In this document: positions 29,821 through 32,000 of the stretch, piece after piece | Layout: every line of letters begins with the position of its first letter | Position numbering within the stretch: the stretch's first letter is position 1 | Source: Caedibacter taeniospiralis | GTDB lineage: Bacteria > Pseudomonadota > Gammaproteobacteria > Francisellales > Francisellaceae | Direction of reading: 5' to 3' | Length of the DNA stretch: 32,000 nucleotides | NCBI RefSeq assembly: GCF_002803295.2 | Contig: NZ_PGGB02000012.1 | Coordinates: 1-32,000, forward strand | Program-made: the position numbers and the translations under genes | The notes under the pieces: model-generated | What the model was told of the DNA's origin: nothing | Seen by the model: the letters and a program-made list of their open reading frames with translations, nothing else | Databases searched by the model: none

Positions 29821-31119
29821 CTACCTAAAAAATGAACCTAGTTTATTGCTCAAGGCTTCAGTTAGTGCTTTTTCAATAATTGGTTGTAAATTTCTCTGTA
29901 ATTTTTCCTGATCAACCCCTGCGGTAAATTGCTTATTTTGATAGCTAATCATGTAAGGAATGGACAGAATTTGTTTACCTGGAATATTGATGCTAAGAGG
30001 GTAATGCCACTCTTTAGGTGCAAAGTTGAACATGCCATTTCCCGTAATGCTAAATTCAGCTGCCTGCCAGTTTATGGACTGAGTCAGTAAATGCTCCGTG
30101 CTGATTTCACTCTCAATGGCAAGTGTTTTAAAAGTAGTCGTTTTACTGGGGTCAGCGATGAATTTTGCCTGATTAAACAAGGGTAACAATCGTGTTTTAA
30201 GCGTTTGAAATGCGCTACCAATTCCATCGCCCTTATCAACAGCGGCAAGTAAACTCTGTGTCGAATATGCAATGCTATTTAAATCAATCCCAACGAGTTT
30301 TCCTTTTTTAGCGTGAATACTCAATTTGACTTGTGGTGCTTGTTGTGGGTTGTTCTGGATGAGAAAATCAACTGCAAATTGCTGGAGTTGCAACGAAAAG
30401 CCATTTAAATCAAGAAGTTTATCAACGGAGATTTCAGGTGCAAAAAAACGACCTTTGGCTGACAGCGTGGGCCTTAGCGTAACTTGACTGAGTTTTCCTA
30501 TTAAAACCTGATCGTTAATGGTTAAACGAATGTTGTTGATACTGTTTATGGGGGAAGCATCACTGAGATATAAGTTTGGAATGCTTAAATCAACAGGCTG
30601 ATCATTTAGATGGGTCTGTAAGCGCAGATCTTTGATTTCTATGGCATCGGTATGTGGAATAAGGGTGAGTTCGATCAATAGCTGTTGAAGGTTATTCGTA
30701 AGCTCAGTGGTTACTTTGTACTGTTGTGTGCTTTCAATTACATTAAGCTTTGGTACATTAAAGATATGCCCAGACTGGATTTCAATTCTACCGCTACTCA
30801 AAGTAAGAGATTCAAACGGGTTCCTCGGATGAGTTAAAAAATTAACTGGATTGATTGTAATCGTAGCATTTCGCCAGTAGCTTTTAAATGTGCCATTTTG
30901 TGCGTTAATAGCGACCTCTTGAGATCTTAACTGCATTGACCACAGAGAAAAATCCAGCTTGCCTTGGAAGGTAATGTTAAGATTGCCGTCATTATTTATT
31001 TTTTGCGTTATCCAGGCTTTGTGATCATTGGGATTAAATAAAAAAGCAAGCCAGATAAACAGTAGAATTATAAGAAGCACAAACAGGCTGATCATGCTGA
31101 GTAAAATTTTCTTTATCAC
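29821..31119 (-). CDS. AsmA-like inner-membrane-anchored protein
   Basis: N-terminal transmembrane segment followed by DHKAWITQKINNDGNLNITFQGKLDFSLWSMQLRSQEVAI, typical of AsmA-like N-termini. Confidence 0.7.
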   Translation of the reverse strand: MIKKILLSMISLFVLLIILLFIWLAFLFNPNDHKAWITQKINNDGNLNITFQGKLDFSLWSMQLRSQEVAINAQNGTFKSYWRNATITINPVNFLTHPRNPFESLTLSSGRIEIQSGHIFNVPKLNVIESTQQYKVTTELTNNLQQLLIELTLIPHTDAIEIKDLRLQTHLNDQPVDLSIPNLYLSDASPINSINNIRLTINDQVLIGKLSQVTLRPTLSAKGRFFAPEISVDKLLDLNGFSLQLQQFAVDFLIQNNPQQAPQVKLSIHAKKGKLVGIDLNSIAYSTQSLLAAVDKGDGIGSAFQTLKTRLLPLFNQAKFIADPSKTTTFKTLAIESEISTEHLLTQSINWQAAEFSITGNGMFNFAPKEWHYPLSINIPGKQILSIPYMISYQNKQFTAGVDQEKLQRNLQPIIEKALTEALSNKLGSFFR

Positions 31120-31249
31120 ACTGAATTCCTCCAGTTAGTTATATCTCAAATTAAACGTAAAAATACCACGAATATATTTGGCTTCATGCCTAATGTTTTC
31201 TATTATGTGGGGTCATTGTAACGAATATTCGAATTGCGCCAAGCGGATT

Positions 31250-31561
31250 ATGACAAAAAGTTCTCTTAAATTATCAAGCCTCTTTTCCTTAAGTCTTCTA
31301 TTAACAGGATGTGGTCAAATGGGTCCATTATACTTACCGCAAGAAAATGCAAAGTCAAGCACATCAGTCCCCAAAAAAACAGAGTCCACAACAGTAATGA
31401 CCAGCACGCAAGGGCACGAACATCAGATGCTCAATGTATCGGAAACTACGGGTGAACCCGAGGTTAATAATGCCACAGGAAGCGGCGGCAAAGATGTTGA
31501 TGCGGATCAGGATCAAGCGATCAACAAAACTAAAAGCACTGAAAATACTAACACCGACTAA
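31250..31561 (+). CDS. LptM (YifL)-like lipoprotein with long low-complexity tail
   Basis: Lipobox and motif LLLTGCGQMGPLYLPQ. The internal ATG at 31250 gives a canonical lipoprotein signal. Confidence 0.75.
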   Translation: MTKSSLKLSSLFSLSLLLTGCGQMGPLYLPQENAKSSTSVPKKTESTTVMTSTQGHEHQMLNVSETTGEPEVNNATGSGGKDVDADQDQAINKTKSTENTNTD

Positions 31562-31575
31562 GACAGGAGTTTCTA

Positions 31576-32000
31576 ATGAGAAAAAGGCTAACTGGTGTAG
31601 CCGTATTAATGGGGGCAATAAGTGCAACAGTTGCCCATGCAATGAGTCCAAATGATGCCAGGATTATGGCGGAAAAATATAAAGCACTAGCAAAAAGTTA
31701 TGAGGAGCTTGCGCAACATTATGAAGCGCTAACTTATACTCAAGTAGAGACGGGTAGCGCGGAGGTTCAATCAAATAGTGAAACTCAAACTGGTGCCAAA
31801 GAGCAAAGTCAGGATGTAAGGCAAGAAGCATCCTCAGGTACCCCTCAACCAGTGAGTTCTTGGAATGGGAGCATGCAGTCGCAGTTTGCGCACGTGCCAG
31901 AAGCAGTGGAAAAAGCAAGAAACGCAGGAAGTGACGCGCCTAACTCGGCAAGTGTAACGGTCAGCTCATTGCTAAATAGTTTAAATCTGCCTGAGGGTAT
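31576..32000 (+). CDS. Secreted hypothetical protein, truncated by the window end
   Basis: Open from ATG at 31576 to the window end: MRKRLTGVAVLMGAISATVAHAMSPNDARIMAEKYKALAKSYEELAQHYEALTYTQVE... Signal peptide and helical/low-complexity mature region. Confidence 0.7.
   Translation, partial: MRKRLTGVAVLMGAISATVAHAMSPNDARIMAEKYKALAKSYEELAQHYEALTYTQVETGSAEVQSNSETQTGAKEQSQDVRQEASSGTPQPVSSWNGSMQSQFAHVPEAVEKARNAGSDAPNSASVTVSSLLNSLNLPEG

Noticed and set aside
31364-31918. Antisense ORFs 31364-31651 and 31664-31918
   Set aside because: Opposite the LptM-like lipoprotein and the signal-peptide ORF, with no family signal or plausible RBS support.
1-32000. CRISPR arrays, toxin-antitoxin pairs, prophage, transposase, retron or other defence cassette
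   Set aside because: I looked for regularly spaced repeats and for transposase, integrase, reverse transcriptase or toxin motifs and found none that were convincing. The helicase fragment alone does not support a defence system.

Overview
This 32 kb window looks like an ordinary gammaproteobacterial chromosome segment, possibly Legionella/Coxiella-like; that lineage call is inference from gene content. At the left end are two tandem secreted multidomain proteins. The first is a GH18 chitinase with an intact DGxDxDxE motif. The second has a related N-terminal module but a large C-terminal domain I cannot assign. The rest is mostly housekeeping genes: metK, grxD, sodB, a deaD-type helicase, phhA/phhB, an FNR-family reductase, rpmE, a thioesterase, dacB, folB, a folK-folP fusion, phaR, an ftsZ-like gene without an evident C-terminal peptide, a DUF1841-like gene, nth, an orphan rnfB-like ferredoxin, rsmD, lptG, lptF, galE, an MMPL-type exporter, recG, an AsmA-like gene, an LptM-like lipoprotein and a truncated secreted protein. 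The best leads are the second secreted protein, a 37-codon leader-like ORF directly upstream of it with mutually exclusive hairpins, and the divergent FtsZ homologue. I saw no CRISPR array, intact mobile element, rRNA, tRNA or recognisable defence system.
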